NCBI GenBank assembly: GCA_038064835.1
Contig: JBBTSD010000006.1
Coordinates: forward strand, 7,669-71,668
DNA: 64,000 bases
Source of the DNA: Patescibacteria group bacterium
GTDB taxonomy: Bacteria; Patescibacteriota; Minisyncoccia; Phycocordibacterales; UBA2100
Direction: 5' to 3'
Part shown: in pieces, positions 50,313 to 60,705 of the stretch
How the letters are laid out: the number at the start of each line of letters is the position of its first letter
Position numbering within the stretch: position 1 is the first letter of the stretch
Made by a program: the position numbers and the translations under genes
The notes under the pieces: generated by a model
What the model was told of the DNA's origin: nothing
Seen by the model: only the letters and a program-made list of their open reading frames with translations
Database searches by the model: none

Positions 50313-51701
50313 ATGAAAATACAATTTGGAGAAAAAAATACCGGAGTTCGCGTTGTCTTTAATGAACACGCAGGTGTTCGCTTTGAAAAAAACGAGAATG
50401 TATCTCGGATTTCATTAGGCATCAGAAAACTGACACCACTCGGTAATCGCGAGTACACTGTGCTGATTCGCCGAGTAGTGCGCGAAGCTCGTAGTCATCG
50501 TATTGCTGCGTTACTAATTTCAGTAAATGACCTCCGCAAGCTTTCCCCTGCACTGTCTGACGAGCAAATTGTCGAACACGCAGTGCAGAATTGGATTCTT
50601 GCAGATTTTGAATTTAACCAGCACAAAACACCCCCGAAAGAGGGGTGGCCAACCATTGAGTCAATCTCATTTTCGGACTGTGCGCCAAACTCCTCCATGA
50701 AAAGCGCCGTGTCGCGTGGTGAAATTGTTGCGCAGGAAGTAAATCAGTGCCGAATTCTCGCCAATATGTCAGCAGGAGAAATTACACCACGCACACTTGC
50801 ACAATGGGCTAAAAATGCAGTCAAGGGAGTCTCTCGCACTACGGTAACTATTCACGACAAAAAAGCTTTGATTCGCATGAAAGCCGGCGCAATCCTCGGG
50901 GTTGCAAAGGGATCTGCTGAAGAGCCTCGGCTCATTGTTTTGGAGTACAAAGGTGGTGGAAAGGAGGCACCAATTGCTTTTGTAGGAAAAGGAGTCACCT
51001 TTGACTCTGGTGGGATAAATATAAAACCTTCCGCGGGAGGAAGCCTGGAAGAAATGCATCTTGACATGTCAGGTGGAGCAGCTGCAATCCATGCATTTGT
51101 CGCGCTCGCTCGGCTAAAAGTCAAAAAGAATATTGTGGCAATAATCCCTTCAGTTGAAAATATGGTTGACGGTGCGTCGTATCGTCCCGGAGACATTCTC
51201 ACCTCGATGTCAGGCAAGACGATTGAAGTCATCAATACTGACGCAGAAGGTAGATTGATTCTCGCGGACGCGCTTACCTATGTCCAAAAAGAATTTTCAC
51301 CCAGGCTTATTGTGGACATCGCTACCCTTACTGGTGCGGCTCTTGTCGCGCTTGGTCAAGGTGCATCGGCGATTATGACGAAAAATCCCGAGCTGCAAGC
51401 ACTGTTCGTAAAATTAGGCGAAGAATCTGGTGATTTTGTTTGGCCACTCCCCCTATGGGATGTGTACAAAGAAAATCTTGAAAGTCGGCGCGCGGATCTT
51501 GCAAACATACCCATATCACAGAGTCGCTATGGTGGTGCCATCAACGGCGGTATGTTTCTTTCAGCTTTTGTCGACCCAAAACAACTGTGGGTCCATATCG
51601 ATATGGCTCCACGCATGACGAGTATTCCCAGTGATCAACTTGCGCATGGTGCAACCGGCGAACCCGTGCGCCTTTTGATAGCACTCGCCCAGAATTACTA
51701 A
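50313..51701 (+). CDS. pepA: Leucyl aminopeptidase (M17)
   Basis: GKGVTFDSGG, DMSG, NTDAEGRL, ATLTG. Confidence 0.95.
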   Translation: MKIQFGEKNTGVRVVFNEHAGVRFEKNENVSRISLGIRKLTPLGNREYTVLIRRVVREARSHRIAALLISVNDLRKLSPALSDEQIVEHAVQNWILADFEFNQHKTPPKEGWPTIESISFSDCAPNSSMKSAVSRGEIVAQEVNQCRILANMSAGEITPRTLAQWAKNAVKGVSRTTVTIHDKKALIRMKAGAILGVAKGSAEEPRLIVLEYKGGGKEAPIAFVGKGVTFDSGGINIKPSAGGSLEEMHLDMSGGAAAIHAFVALARLKVKKNIVAIIPSVENMVDGASYRPGDILTSMSGKTIEVINTDAEGRLILADALTYVQKEFSPRLIVDIATLTGAALVALGQGASAIMTKNPELQALFVKLGEESGDFVWPLPLWDVYKENLESRRADLANIPISQSRYGGAINGGMFLSAFVDPKQLWVHIDMAPRMTSIPSDQLAHGATGEPVRLLIALAQNY

Positions 51702-51710
51702 GGACTACAC

Positions 51711-52631
51711 CTACAGGTTATCTCGCGCAAGCTGGACCAATCGTTCGACATCTTGAAACCTTCCTTCGTGTGTTGAGCCAAGCACAACAACAAAGATTGG
51801 CCGCCCAATACTTGCGTCGAACACAACTGCCAGGTTCCCTCCTGCCAAATCGGTAAAACCTGTTTTCCCCGCCAAAAGGCCAGGGATTTCAGGAATTGAC
51901 ACATTGGTGTTGTGTGTCACATGCTCAATACCACTGAGCGACATCAAGAGGGTGCCATCTCTTGCGGTCCCTTGGAGTGCTTCGGGGCGTTCTCTAATGG
52001 CGTAGTGAAGAAGAGCCGCTATATCACGGGCTGATCCATACGCACCCGCTGTAGTAAGACTTTCGTCGAGTCCTGTGGGATTAAGAAAGTATGTTTGTGC
52101 TAATCCAAGGGCGCGCGCTTTTCGATTCATTGCTTCAACGGTCTTTTTTACAGGGTCTTCATCTCCAGGCAAGCGATTCCCTGTCTCGTAGGCCAATGCT
52201 AAAGCACCATCGTTCGATGAGGGAACCAGCGTCGCATCAATAAGGTCTTGTAGTTGCCATTCTTCTCCGGCATGTAGGCCGGTGTCGCCTTCGGATCCAA
52301 GCGCAGTCGCACGAATATGCACAACTGCATCCAGAGGGATTGTCTCGTGCGCGACAAGCGCTAACATAACTTTGGTGATAGAGGCAAGCGGCAATTGTGC
52401 GTTAGCATTCTTTTCAAACAAAACGCGTCCAGTAGAGGCGTCATAGACATACGCTGCATGCGCGGTGACAGGAAAATCGGCAGTACTAGGGAGGGAAGTA
52501 GCTTGTGATACAGCGGCGGGTAATGCATTTTTCTGAAACGACATTGTCGCGGAAAATACCAGTACAAACAGCGCAGAAACGGCGCATGATGTGAGGAATG
52601 CTGTCCCCACATGCTTTCTAAAAGGGTTCAT
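51711..52631 (-). CDS. D-alanyl-D-alanine carboxypeptidase (S11)
   Basis: SITK, SSN, KTG motifs; N-terminal anchor. Confidence 0.92.
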   Translation of the reverse strand: MNPFRKHVGTAFLTSCAVSALFVLVFSATMSFQKNALPAAVSQATSLPSTADFPVTAHAAYVYDASTGRVLFEKNANAQLPLASITKVMLALVAHETIPLDAVVHIRATALGSEGDTGLHAGEEWQLQDLIDATLVPSSNDGALALAYETGNRLPGDEDPVKKTVEAMNRKARALGLAQTYFLNPTGLDESLTTAGAYGSARDIAALLHYAIRERPEALQGTARDGTLLMSLSGIEHVTHNTNVSIPEIPGLLAGKTGFTDLAGGNLAVVFDASIGRPIFVVVLGSTHEGRFQDVERLVQLARDNL

Positions 52632-53194
52632 AGAGAGGTGGGGGTGACGGATTCTTGACGGTTGCTAAAAGCCGCAAGCTTGTCGCGTAGTACAGTGAAA
52701 TCGGGAAGCTGTTCCGGTTCTTGAGTTCCCAAATGGTACATGAGTTCGATGGTGGGACGATACACCATTTCCCGCCCACCCGATTCTGGTACGCGTTCAA
52801 TGAGTCCTCGCAACAAAAGTGTTTTAATCGACGATGTTGAATTAACTCCCCGAATATAATCAATGGTAGACCGGCTGGTAGGTCCTTGGTAAAGAAGAAT
52901 GGCAAGGACTTCTAGCCCTGCCTGACCAACTTCCCTGTCCTCAGGATCACCCAACAGCTTTGCCACTGTCTCCGCTGTGTCTGGGGGTGTTGCCAACGAC
53001 ACTTGTGTTCCATTGTGGACCAGAATAATACCCTGGTTTAGGTGGCTAGAAAGTAGCGAAAGTGATGCTTGCACCTCTTCGATGCGTACCGACAAAATTT
53101 CTGCGAGTCGCGCAAGTTGCACAGGCTCCCCTGTTGCAAACAAGAGAGCTTCAATATGTTTTGATAGTTCGCTTTGATTCATTAGCTCTGTCAT
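52628..53194 (-). CDS. scpB: SMC-Scp complex subunit ScpB
   Basis: IEALLF, LEVLAI-x2-Y-x-GP, IDYIRGVNS. Confidence 0.93.
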   Translation of the reverse strand: MTELMNQSELSKHIEALLFATGEPVQLARLAEILSVRIEEVQASLSLLSSHLNQGIILVHNGTQVSLATPPDTAETVAKLLGDPEDREVGQAGLEVLAILLYQGPTSRSTIDYIRGVNSTSSIKTLLLRGLIERVPESGGREMVYRPTIELMYHLGTQEPEQLPDFTVLRDKLAAFSNRQESVTPTSL

Positions 53195-53916
53195 ACGCCA
53201 TAGCGGGGGGTTGACACCCCCTCTGTTTCAAAGAGTATATCATCAAACGGCATCTGTTGCTCGGCAACAACAAATCCTCCCTTCACCAACTCCAAAAGCG
53301 CTAAAAATTGGACGATAACCTCAATACGCTCAGAACTCTTAATTTCAGAGAAGCGTAGCCGCACTGAAGACAGTACGCGGTGTTTGAGGCGATCTATCAT
53401 CTCCTCAAGCGACACTAAGGGTGTTACTGTCGCAGTCTCTCGGAAAGATTCCGTCGGCAACAGGGTCACCAAGGCTCTCAAGGAGTCGACCAGTGCTTGC
53501 AGTTGGATTCCGTATGGGGTAAATACCGGAATACGAACGATGCGTGCTCGTGCAGGAAGCCGTAAGGGCTTTGTCCCCCACTGCCTTTCAAGTAGTCGAG
53601 CGCCTTGCTTTACTAATTGATACCGGCGCAAACGGTCTTCGAGTTCTTTGATAGCACCGGCTTCTTCCGGCGATATTTCAAGGGTTGGAAGAAGCGAGCG
53701 CGATTTAATAAGTAACAGCGTAGCGGCAACAAGCACAAATTGTGCTGTTTCCCCCAAGGGGACGACTTGTTCTTGTGAGGATATGTGTGTGAGGTAGGAG
53801 TCGGTTACGGAGCCAAGTGATATCTCGTTGATGTACAGCTTTCTCTCTTCAATCAAAGACAGTAACAAATCGAGAGGGCCATCAAATGTCCCTACACGCA
53901 CCATGAACTCGGGCAT
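53191..53916 (-). CDS. scpA: Segregation and condensation protein A
   Basis: FDGPLDLLL, IKSRSLLP, FLALLEL. Confidence 0.94.
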   Translation of the reverse strand: MPEFMVRVGTFDGPLDLLLSLIEERKLYINEISLGSVTDSYLTHISSQEQVVPLGETAQFVLVAATLLLIKSRSLLPTLEISPEEAGAIKELEDRLRRYQLVKQGARLLERQWGTKPLRLPARARIVRIPVFTPYGIQLQALVDSLRALVTLLPTESFRETATVTPLVSLEEMIDRLKHRVLSSVRLRFSEIKSSERIEVIVQFLALLELVKGGFVVAEQQMPFDDILFETEGVSTPRYGV

Positions 53917-53970
53917 ACGAAGAGTATAGCAAGAAAGGTTGTCCCGAAAAGAGAAAGTTCTCTCTGTACT

Positions 53971-55308
53971 CTACTCTTCCTTGGTTAGGCGGTTATCAAT
54001 ACGGGTCATGTCTCGCGGGAACGATGAAGCTTCTTTTACATTTGCGAGATTGAGCATGCGCGCGGTGATTCGTTCGAGCCCGGTAGAACACCCTCCATGT
54101 GGAGGCATCCCGTATTTGAATGCTTGCAGGTAGAACGAAAACTTTTCTGGGTCCATGCCGCGTTCGGTCATTACCGCAACTAGTTCGTCGTAATCGTGGA
54201 TGCGTTGTGCGCCGCTGTTTATTTCCAGTCCCTTAAAAAGCAAATCGAAACTTCGCGAAAACCCAGGCATCGCTGGATCAGGGTGTGTGTAGAACGCTCG
54301 CTTGCGCGTTGGGAAATGTGTAATGAATACAAAATCTGAGCCATGCTCTTTCCGTGCCCATTCGCAAATCTGTCGTTCGTGCTCGGGTTCAAGATCAAGT
54401 TCACCCACTGCTTTTTCACCAAATTCGCGTTCGATAATTTCCTGTGCTTCAGTCAGTGTAAAGGCCGGGAATTTAACAGCTGGCAAAAGAGGAGCGGCGA
54501 CACCCAGGCGAACAAGGGCGCCTGAATGCTTCTCGATAACCCTCGTTGCAATGTGTCGCATTACATCTTCGAGGACCGACATAACCTCTCGATGATCATG
54601 CACAAATCCCATTTCAAACTCCATCTGCGTAATTTCACTCAAATGGCGTGTAGTTGCGCTCTTCTCTCCGCGAAAAGTTTTGGCGATAGTCATCACCCGC
54701 TCAAAAGGCCCGACCATAATTTGCTTGTATAGCTGACCGCTCGTTGCAAGGAACGCGGTCTTCCCGTAATAGTCGTCAATTTTAAAAGCTGCTGCGCCCC
54801 CTTCTGCATCGCCGCCAACAAGCACGGGCGCCTGAAACTCTACAAAATCCCAAGAAACAAGTGAGTCACGAAACGCTTGAAGAATGGTTGCTTGCACGCG
54901 AAAGATATCGCGAGTGCGCTCGCGTCGCAAAGTAAGTGGCAGGTAATCAAAGTGTGTATCGATGTTGAGATCAGCATCCTTCTCGAAAGGAAGTTCTTTC
55001 GCCTTGGAAAGAACAGAGATTGATTCAACGCCAAGCTCGATAGATCCATTAAACTCATCTTTTCGCATTTTCTCTGGTCGCTCTTTTACCTCACCAACTA
55101 CCTCCACGCACCATTCGGTCCGCAAATCAGGTGCAACTTGGAAAACACCTTCGTCTTTTCCGTTTGCGACAGCTTGCACAGTGCCACTTCCATCACGAAG
55201 TACCAAAAAGATAAGCTTTCCGTGATTACGGCGCACATCGACCCATCCAGACACAGAGACTTTCTGGCCAATTTTTCCTGTGAGGTCTTTAATGTGTGTA
55301 CGATCCAT
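53971..55308 (-). CDS. aspS: Aspartate--tRNA(Asp/Asn) ligase, short archaeal/non-discriminating type
   Basis: OB fold R-x-HGKL, AEGGA, FRGEKS-x-TTRHL, GMPPHGG, GLER, FPRD; no GAD insert; start 55308. Confidence 0.88.
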   Translation of the reverse strand: MDRTHIKDLTGKIGQKVSVSGWVDVRRNHGKLIFLVLRDGSGTVQAVANGKDEGVFQVAPDLRTEWCVEVVGEVKERPEKMRKDEFNGSIELGVESISVLSKAKELPFEKDADLNIDTHFDYLPLTLRRERTRDIFRVQATILQAFRDSLVSWDFVEFQAPVLVGGDAEGGAAAFKIDDYYGKTAFLATSGQLYKQIMVGPFERVMTIAKTFRGEKSATTRHLSEITQMEFEMGFVHDHREVMSVLEDVMRHIATRVIEKHSGALVRLGVAAPLLPAVKFPAFTLTEAQEIIEREFGEKAVGELDLEPEHERQICEWARKEHGSDFVFITHFPTRKRAFYTHPDPAMPGFSRSFDLLFKGLEINSGAQRIHDYDELVAVMTERGMDPEKFSFYLQAFKYGMPPHGGCSTGLERITARMLNLANVKEASSFPRDMTRIDNRLTKEE

Positions 55309-55329
55309 AAAATTATAATGTACCAACGA

Positions 55330-56265
55330 TTACAGTACTACGCCAATTCGTTCACGCACGGTGGCCATTTTGATAGAAGCAACGGCGCGCGCCTTGTCGC
55401 TCCCCTCTCTCAGAATCGCACGCACCTCGTCATCTGTTATTTCCGAACGGCGCTCGCGCATGGGCGCAACCACCGATTCGATGTCTTGAATCAAAGCCTC
55501 TTTCAATGCCTTGTAGTTGTTTTGATTGGCATCATACAGCATCTCAAGAGAGGCACTGTCTTTGAAATGCGAGTGAATGGCGTATACATGTTCAGGACGC
55601 CCCCCAGCAGAATCAGTTACAATCGACATAACCGCCTTGGCGATCTCGTCCTTGGTTCCAAAAAGCGGAATTGTGTTCCCGTAACTTTTGCTCATCTTTT
55701 TGCCATCCGTCCCAGGTAAAATCGCTGTCGCTTCTTGGATAAATTCCTTAGGTTCTTTGAAAGTGTCTCCGTACGCTTTGTTAAATTTTGCCGCCGCCTC
55801 GCGCGCATATTCGATATGCTGGCGCTGGTCGGCGCCCACAGGCACGACATCCGTATCGTAAAGCAAGATATCTGCCGCCATAAGCATGGGGTAGTTAAAA
55901 AGACCGGCGTTTGCCTCGAGTCCTTTCGCAATTTTATCTTTGTAGGCGTGCGAGAGCTCTAAAAACGGCACAGTGACCAGGCATTCAAAAATCCAGGCCA
56001 ACTCGGTATGTTCTTGCACTTGTGATTGCTGAAAAATAACTGCCTTCTGTGGATCAATGCCCGCAGCAACATAATCTCGCACAACACTTGCAATATTCTG
56101 AGAAAGCAACTTTGAGTCTTTGAGCGAAGTGAGTGCGTGGTAGTCGACGACCATGAGAAAACTCTCGTACTGGCTATACATGTCAGCAAAGGGCTTCAGG
56201 GCACCCAGATAGTTCCCAATATGAAGGTTGCCTGATGGCTGAAGACCCGTGAGTAATCTCTTCAT
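55330..56265 (-). CDS. trpS: Tryptophan--tRNA ligase
   Basis: QPSG-x-LHIGN, YPMLMAADIL, VPVGADQ, KMSKS. Confidence 0.97.
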   Translation of the reverse strand: MKRLLTGLQPSGNLHIGNYLGALKPFADMYSQYESFLMVVDYHALTSLKDSKLLSQNIASVVRDYVAAGIDPQKAVIFQQSQVQEHTELAWIFECLVTVPFLELSHAYKDKIAKGLEANAGLFNYPMLMAADILLYDTDVVPVGADQRQHIEYAREAAAKFNKAYGDTFKEPKEFIQEATAILPGTDGKKMSKSYGNTIPLFGTKDEIAKAVMSIVTDSAGGRPEHVYAIHSHFKDSASLEMLYDANQNNYKALKEALIQDIESVVAPMRERRSEITDDEVRAILREGSDKARAVASIKMATVRERIGVVL

Positions 56266-56289
56266 CTCGTCATGGTAGCAGAAAACTCT

Positions 56290-57945
56290 TTAATTTCCAG
56301 CGCGAGTTTCCGGAGAAGACGCCTGGTCAAAGTCTATAAGGTAGAGTCTGGGCACTCGTGTGAAATCTGGCTCTCCATTTTCTTTTCGAAAAAACCGAAG
56401 GACAAAATTATGACGGTGGGCGTGACCGTGATTTATGGTCTGCGATCTCAGGACTTTCAATATTTTATCCTCCTGTTCGTAAAGGTCAGCTCGAAAAGTT
56501 CCGTTCATGTCGAGCCATTGCTGGAGGTTTATATCCAGAACCCCCGCATACACATCCACCAAACCTTTGCGATTGAGGCGGTATGACTGGATTGGCTCGA
56601 TTGGAACATAGTCAAAGCCCGCCGCACGCCATAAAATATGTCCTTCAAAAAGTTTTTTCCATGCCAAGAACGCGTCCGCCGGAATGTGTCGCACAATCAA
56701 GTGATTTTTGAGTGGGCCTCCGACAAGAGTTGTTTCAGAGCCAGTTTTTGCAAACGGTCTCCGAGCAATCTGTTTTGAATTTAGTGTTGTGTCTTTGTCG
56801 TACAGTGGTGGTTCTACCAGCTCGGTGGCACAGTGTTTCATCGCTAAGGCTAACAATGCATTCTTGGAATTTTCAGGGGCATGCGCAATGAGGCGAAGGG
56901 CCGCGCGCCGCTCTAACTCATTGGTACCCATAATAGAGGCTTCTATTCGCTTGGCCGCGATTGGTGAAAGTGTCTCGCGCTCTTTAGTCGATCCCAAGCT
57001 GAGTAGTGCCAAAAGTACTGGTCGCATTACTTCGGGCGATACACGTTCGAGAGCCACCCGAATGAGATCTAGCACTTCTGAAGCGCGGGCGTACTTAATG
57101 AGGTCGACCGCCACTTTCTGCTGTCCTCTATCATTACTCAATAACCGCGTTTTGATACCCTGCTCAAAAAGTGCTTGTATTTTTCTATTGTTTGCATGAT
57201 CAGGAATCAGTCTGCCGACAATTGCAAAAGTGCCTGGAGTAGGAAGTGCCAAAGCTATGCGAAGCAGAGTTGGCGCCACTTTCGAAGAGGTGAATCTGAT
57301 TAGTTTGGTTGCGTCCTCTTGTCTTGCATTGTCCGAGACATCACTTAGATTTTCCTGAATTTTTTGAGTTAATAGTTTCTCCAGCCGTACCAGCTTATCA
57401 CCTATAAAAAAATTCATATTCTTAGCCGCTAGCAGTCTTTGTTCAGGAGTCCCTGTCGTAATCCACTGTTCCAGGCGGTCAGCTAGCGGTGTGTATAGAT
57501 TCTTTAAATGAGGACCTTGCACCAACATTGTCAGAATACTTAGCGCGGCAGTAATAACCGTATGATCGGTGTCGTTGAGCCCAATTTCCAGGAACACTGC
57601 TACTTCACTTTCCGGAACTCGGGTGAGCATTTTCACAGCCCGTACTCGTACTGTTGGGTCGGGACTTGCAAGCATTTCCCGCACGAGCCGCGTGACGGTC
57701 TCGCCATCCATGGTGGACAAGGAGCGCTCGATAATTTCGTGCGGGCTGAGGAGAGGCACTCCACCCGCGTTTTGGCGCATGGCGAGCTCCCGAATGGCCT
57801 GGTCTTGGGTTCGGTCGCGTTCGTACCGTGCTATGTCACTGGCAGTAATTTTCGCATGACCCGAAATTTCATACATGGAAAGTGGCGCATTCCCCAAACC
57901 TTCAGCAGGTCTCCTGTTTGTCTGGGACGGCTGATTTTCAGGCAT
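56290..57945 (-). CDS. HEAT-repeat protein with C-terminal kinase-like domain
   Basis: Repeated helical units (DPTVRVRAV, DRGQQKVAV); C-terminal HGHAHRHNF and LIDFD. Confidence 0.7.
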   Translation of the reverse strand: MPENQPSQTNRRPAEGLGNAPLSMYEISGHAKITASDIARYERDRTQDQAIRELAMRQNAGGVPLLSPHEIIERSLSTMDGETVTRLVREMLASPDPTVRVRAVKMLTRVPESEVAVFLEIGLNDTDHTVITAALSILTMLVQGPHLKNLYTPLADRLEQWITTGTPEQRLLAAKNMNFFIGDKLVRLEKLLTQKIQENLSDVSDNARQEDATKLIRFTSSKVAPTLLRIALALPTPGTFAIVGRLIPDHANNRKIQALFEQGIKTRLLSNDRGQQKVAVDLIKYARASEVLDLIRVALERVSPEVMRPVLLALLSLGSTKERETLSPIAAKRIEASIMGTNELERRAALRLIAHAPENSKNALLALAMKHCATELVEPPLYDKDTTLNSKQIARRPFAKTGSETTLVGGPLKNHLIVRHIPADAFLAWKKLFEGHILWRAAGFDYVPIEPIQSYRLNRKGLVDVYAGVLDINLQQWLDMNGTFRADLYEQEDKILKVLRSQTINHGHAHRHNFVLRFFRKENGEPDFTRVPRLYLIDFDQASSPETRAGN

Positions 57946-57959
57946 GGCACAGTATAGCC

Positions 57960-59597
57960 CTAAATAGTTGGCAGAGAAATCACGAATGTTGAGCCCTTCC
58001 CTTCTCCGTCTGAAAATACACTAATTACTCCACGATGAGCCTGGATCATTTCTTTGGCGACATACAAACCCAGGCCGCTACCGGTAACATTTATATCTTT
58101 CGCATTGCGGGCTCGCACAAACTTATCAAAAAGCTTATTGAGCGATTCTTTTGGTATGCCAATGCCAGTGTCCTTGATTTGTATGCTCGCAGTTTTTCGT
58201 TTTACATCACAGGAAAGACCGACGGTAATCGATCCTTGTGCAGTGTATTTTATTGAATTGTCGACTAAATTACTGATAACATGCTGTAATTTACCAGCGT
58301 CTGCTTGCACCATACATTGCGCTGTCATTTGTGGGACATACGAGAGATCGAGGCCTTTGTTTCTGGCGCTCATCGTGAGCTCGGTAATAGAAGCTTGCAC
58401 CAATTTCTGCAGGTCGGTTGGCGTCAGTCGGTACTCCAGCCGACCCTGCTCTATTTTCGAGACATTCAAGAAATCTTCAACAATCTGGGCCATACGCGAG
58501 CTCGAAGTGAAAATATTTTCGACTACTTCTTTTGGTTCAGGATTTAAGATCCCGTACGACCCTTCAATGAGAAGTGAAGCGTATCCACGAATTGCGGCCA
58601 GTGGCGTACGCAACTGATGGGAGGCAATGGATAAAAACTCTGATTTCTGGCGATCCAGTTCGCGCAGTCGCCCGTTCGCCTTGGTGAGCTGTGTGGCAAG
58701 TGCCTGGACCTGCTCGCGCAAACGCACTTCACGAATGACGCTTTGAATCAATAGAAAGCCAAATCCTAGTACCGACACAAAAACAGCTGTGCGGAAAATC
58801 ATTTCAGAAAGATCCGATGCCGCGACCAACTCGACGAGCGCGATACCTGCAAGCACACTGGCAAATATTTCTGTAGAAAGAATGCGAACATTCAACAGGT
58901 GGTGCTTGATAATCGCATAGGTCGTCAGCACTATGTATGGAAATGTAAAGAGACCGGCGTACGGAGCATAGGTTGCATTGCCTAGAATGGCAGGCCCGAC
59001 AAAATTAAACAGGATGATAAGGAGATAAGTAATACTCGCACCAAGAAGAACTAGCCAAAATTGTGGACGCTTCTGGCGGTCCTGCTTCAGTGCGTGTAAG
59101 AATAGAAATAGTAATCCTGCCCCATGGAATCCAACCGTTGCTAGGCCAAAGAGCGGTATTGCCGGACCGTTCGTTACATTTGCAACACCCGCTGTAAATC
59201 CTGAAACACTTTCGAATATTAGTGGCGTTAGTGTTAGGAACGAAACAATGCCAGCAAATGGCAAAACACCAGCATAAAACCATAAGGGGAGCCTCACCTT
59301 TTCTTGAGGAAAAACGAAAAAGAGCAAGAATGAAAAAAAAGCGTGCCAGACTGCCAAAAACACAGCCCCGCGCAGGGTCCATAATGCGACTTCCGTATTC
59401 TCCAATCGAAACACTGCCAGGTTAAAGACACCCCAACCGATGACCGAAAAGGCCGCGGCAAGAAATGCCTGGTTAGTGATACTCCGTGTATCGCTAAAGT
59501 AAGCCACTATACCAAGTGTGCCGATTCCGATTGCCATAAGGCCAATCAAAAGAATGTCGATGTTGCCTCCCGATGTAATCGAGCTAAGTATATTCAT
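57960..59597 (-). CDS. Membrane sensor histidine kinase with multi-TM input domain
   Basis: About 7-9 TM; SHQLRTP, NLVDNSIKY, DTGIGI, GSGLGL, GKGSTF. Confidence 0.95.
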   Translation of the reverse strand: MNILSSITSGGNIDILLIGLMAIGIGTLGIVAYFSDTRSITNQAFLAAAFSVIGWGVFNLAVFRLENTEVALWTLRGAVFLAVWHAFFSFLLFFVFPQEKVRLPLWFYAGVLPFAGIVSFLTLTPLIFESVSGFTAGVANVTNGPAIPLFGLATVGFHGAGLLFLFLHALKQDRQKRPQFWLVLLGASITYLLIILFNFVGPAILGNATYAPYAGLFTFPYIVLTTYAIIKHHLLNVRILSTEIFASVLAGIALVELVAASDLSEMIFRTAVFVSVLGFGFLLIQSVIREVRLREQVQALATQLTKANGRLRELDRQKSEFLSIASHQLRTPLAAIRGYASLLIEGSYGILNPEPKEVVENIFTSSSRMAQIVEDFLNVSKIEQGRLEYRLTPTDLQKLVQASITELTMSARNKGLDLSYVPQMTAQCMVQADAGKLQHVISNLVDNSIKYTAQGSITVGLSCDVKRKTASIQIKDTGIGIPKESLNKLFDKFVRARNAKDINVTGSGLGLYVAKEMIQAHRGVISVFSDGEGKGSTFVISLPTI

Positions 59598-60682
59598 GAT
59601 AAGGTGCCACGCTTTGCATATTCGACAATTGGGGATTTTTTGGACGACCGGGCACTCGGTGCATCGGCGTAGCCACAGCGGAACAGCAAACCGGGGCGCA
59701 TGCCGTCGGGAATTTTAAATAAGGCCCCAAGTGAGTCATCTGCAACAATGAAGCTCTGGGCGATCTTTTGTGAAAAAAGAGACGGGACTTCCTCGCGTGC
59801 TCTCGCAGCAAGGAAAATAACACCGCCGATTGGTTGTAGTGCAAGACCATGTTCAGTGGCAGTTATCCATACCCGTAAAAGAGAACGACCAAGTTCGAAG
59901 AGTGTTCTCTCGGTCATATCTGAGATGGCAATAAGACCGCACGCACCCGCCGATGCGTAGCGCATTGCGTTTTCTGCCGCTATACGCGAGCCCATACCTA
60001 AAAAACCAGCAAGTGTGGCCACGAACGGCATGTGCGTGAACGCTTTAAAGGCGGCAAACGCAGGCGGTGTCAATTCAAGAGTTTTGACAAACATACCTTC
60101 TCGAACACGCGCCTCCTCTGCATCGTCCCATACCACATGGGTAAACATAGCTTCTCGCAACGCAGGCACCTTTAGCATGAAAGTTTCCATTTGCGTACTG
60201 GCCCGCGCGACAAGTTTCATCTGCACAGGACTGTCAATAAAGACCAGTTCAGTATGCCCTGCAAAAAGTGCAGCCTGTTGCAAATGATCTTTTATATCTT
60301 CAGCTACTTCTTTTTTTGCGTACTGCTTTCTATTGGTAGTACGCGCGAAGAGAGCATCCACGCGCGCGGAATTTTTTTCAGGCGTAGTTGGTGAGAATGT
60401 GATTTCGGCAATAGTAGGTCCTCGACGGGGATCATACACATAGCGCACCGATGATTTGAATCCAATTGTGGGCGCAAAGATACCAATCGACTCGACAACT
60501 CCTCCAACCGCAAGAACCGTTCCTCGTTCAAGGTAGTTAAAAACACTGCGGTCCTTGCCATATACAGCGCGCACAAACAGTGTCATTCCATCCCATCCAA
60601 AATCCCACGGCTGTGCATTGTGCCCTGACGGTGCTTGCACCGCCGCGTGTAGAATTTGAGCGAGCTCTTCATTGCTCAGCAT
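59594..60682 (-). CDS. Nitroreductase-fold flavoprotein (Acg/MoeY C-domain-like)
   Basis: APSGHNAQPW, R-x-TNR, GR-x3-RVWI-x-AT-x2-GLA-x-QP, FR-x-GY. Confidence 0.85.
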   Translation of the reverse strand: MLSNEELAQILHAAVQAPSGHNAQPWDFGWDGMTLFVRAVYGKDRSVFNYLERGTVLAVGGVVESIGIFAPTIGFKSSVRYVYDPRRGPTIAEITFSPTTPEKNSARVDALFARTTNRKQYAKKEVAEDIKDHLQQAALFAGHTELVFIDSPVQMKLVARASTQMETFMLKVPALREAMFTHVVWDDAEEARVREGMFVKTLELTPPAFAAFKAFTHMPFVATLAGFLGMGSRIAAENAMRYASAGACGLIAISDMTERTLFELGRSLLRVWITATEHGLALQPIGGVIFLAARAREEVPSLFSQKIAQSFIVADDSLGALFKIPDGMRPGLLFRCGYADAPSARSSKKSPIVEYAKRGTLS

Positions 60683-60705
60683 CAGTACAGTATAACAGGA
60701 TGAAA

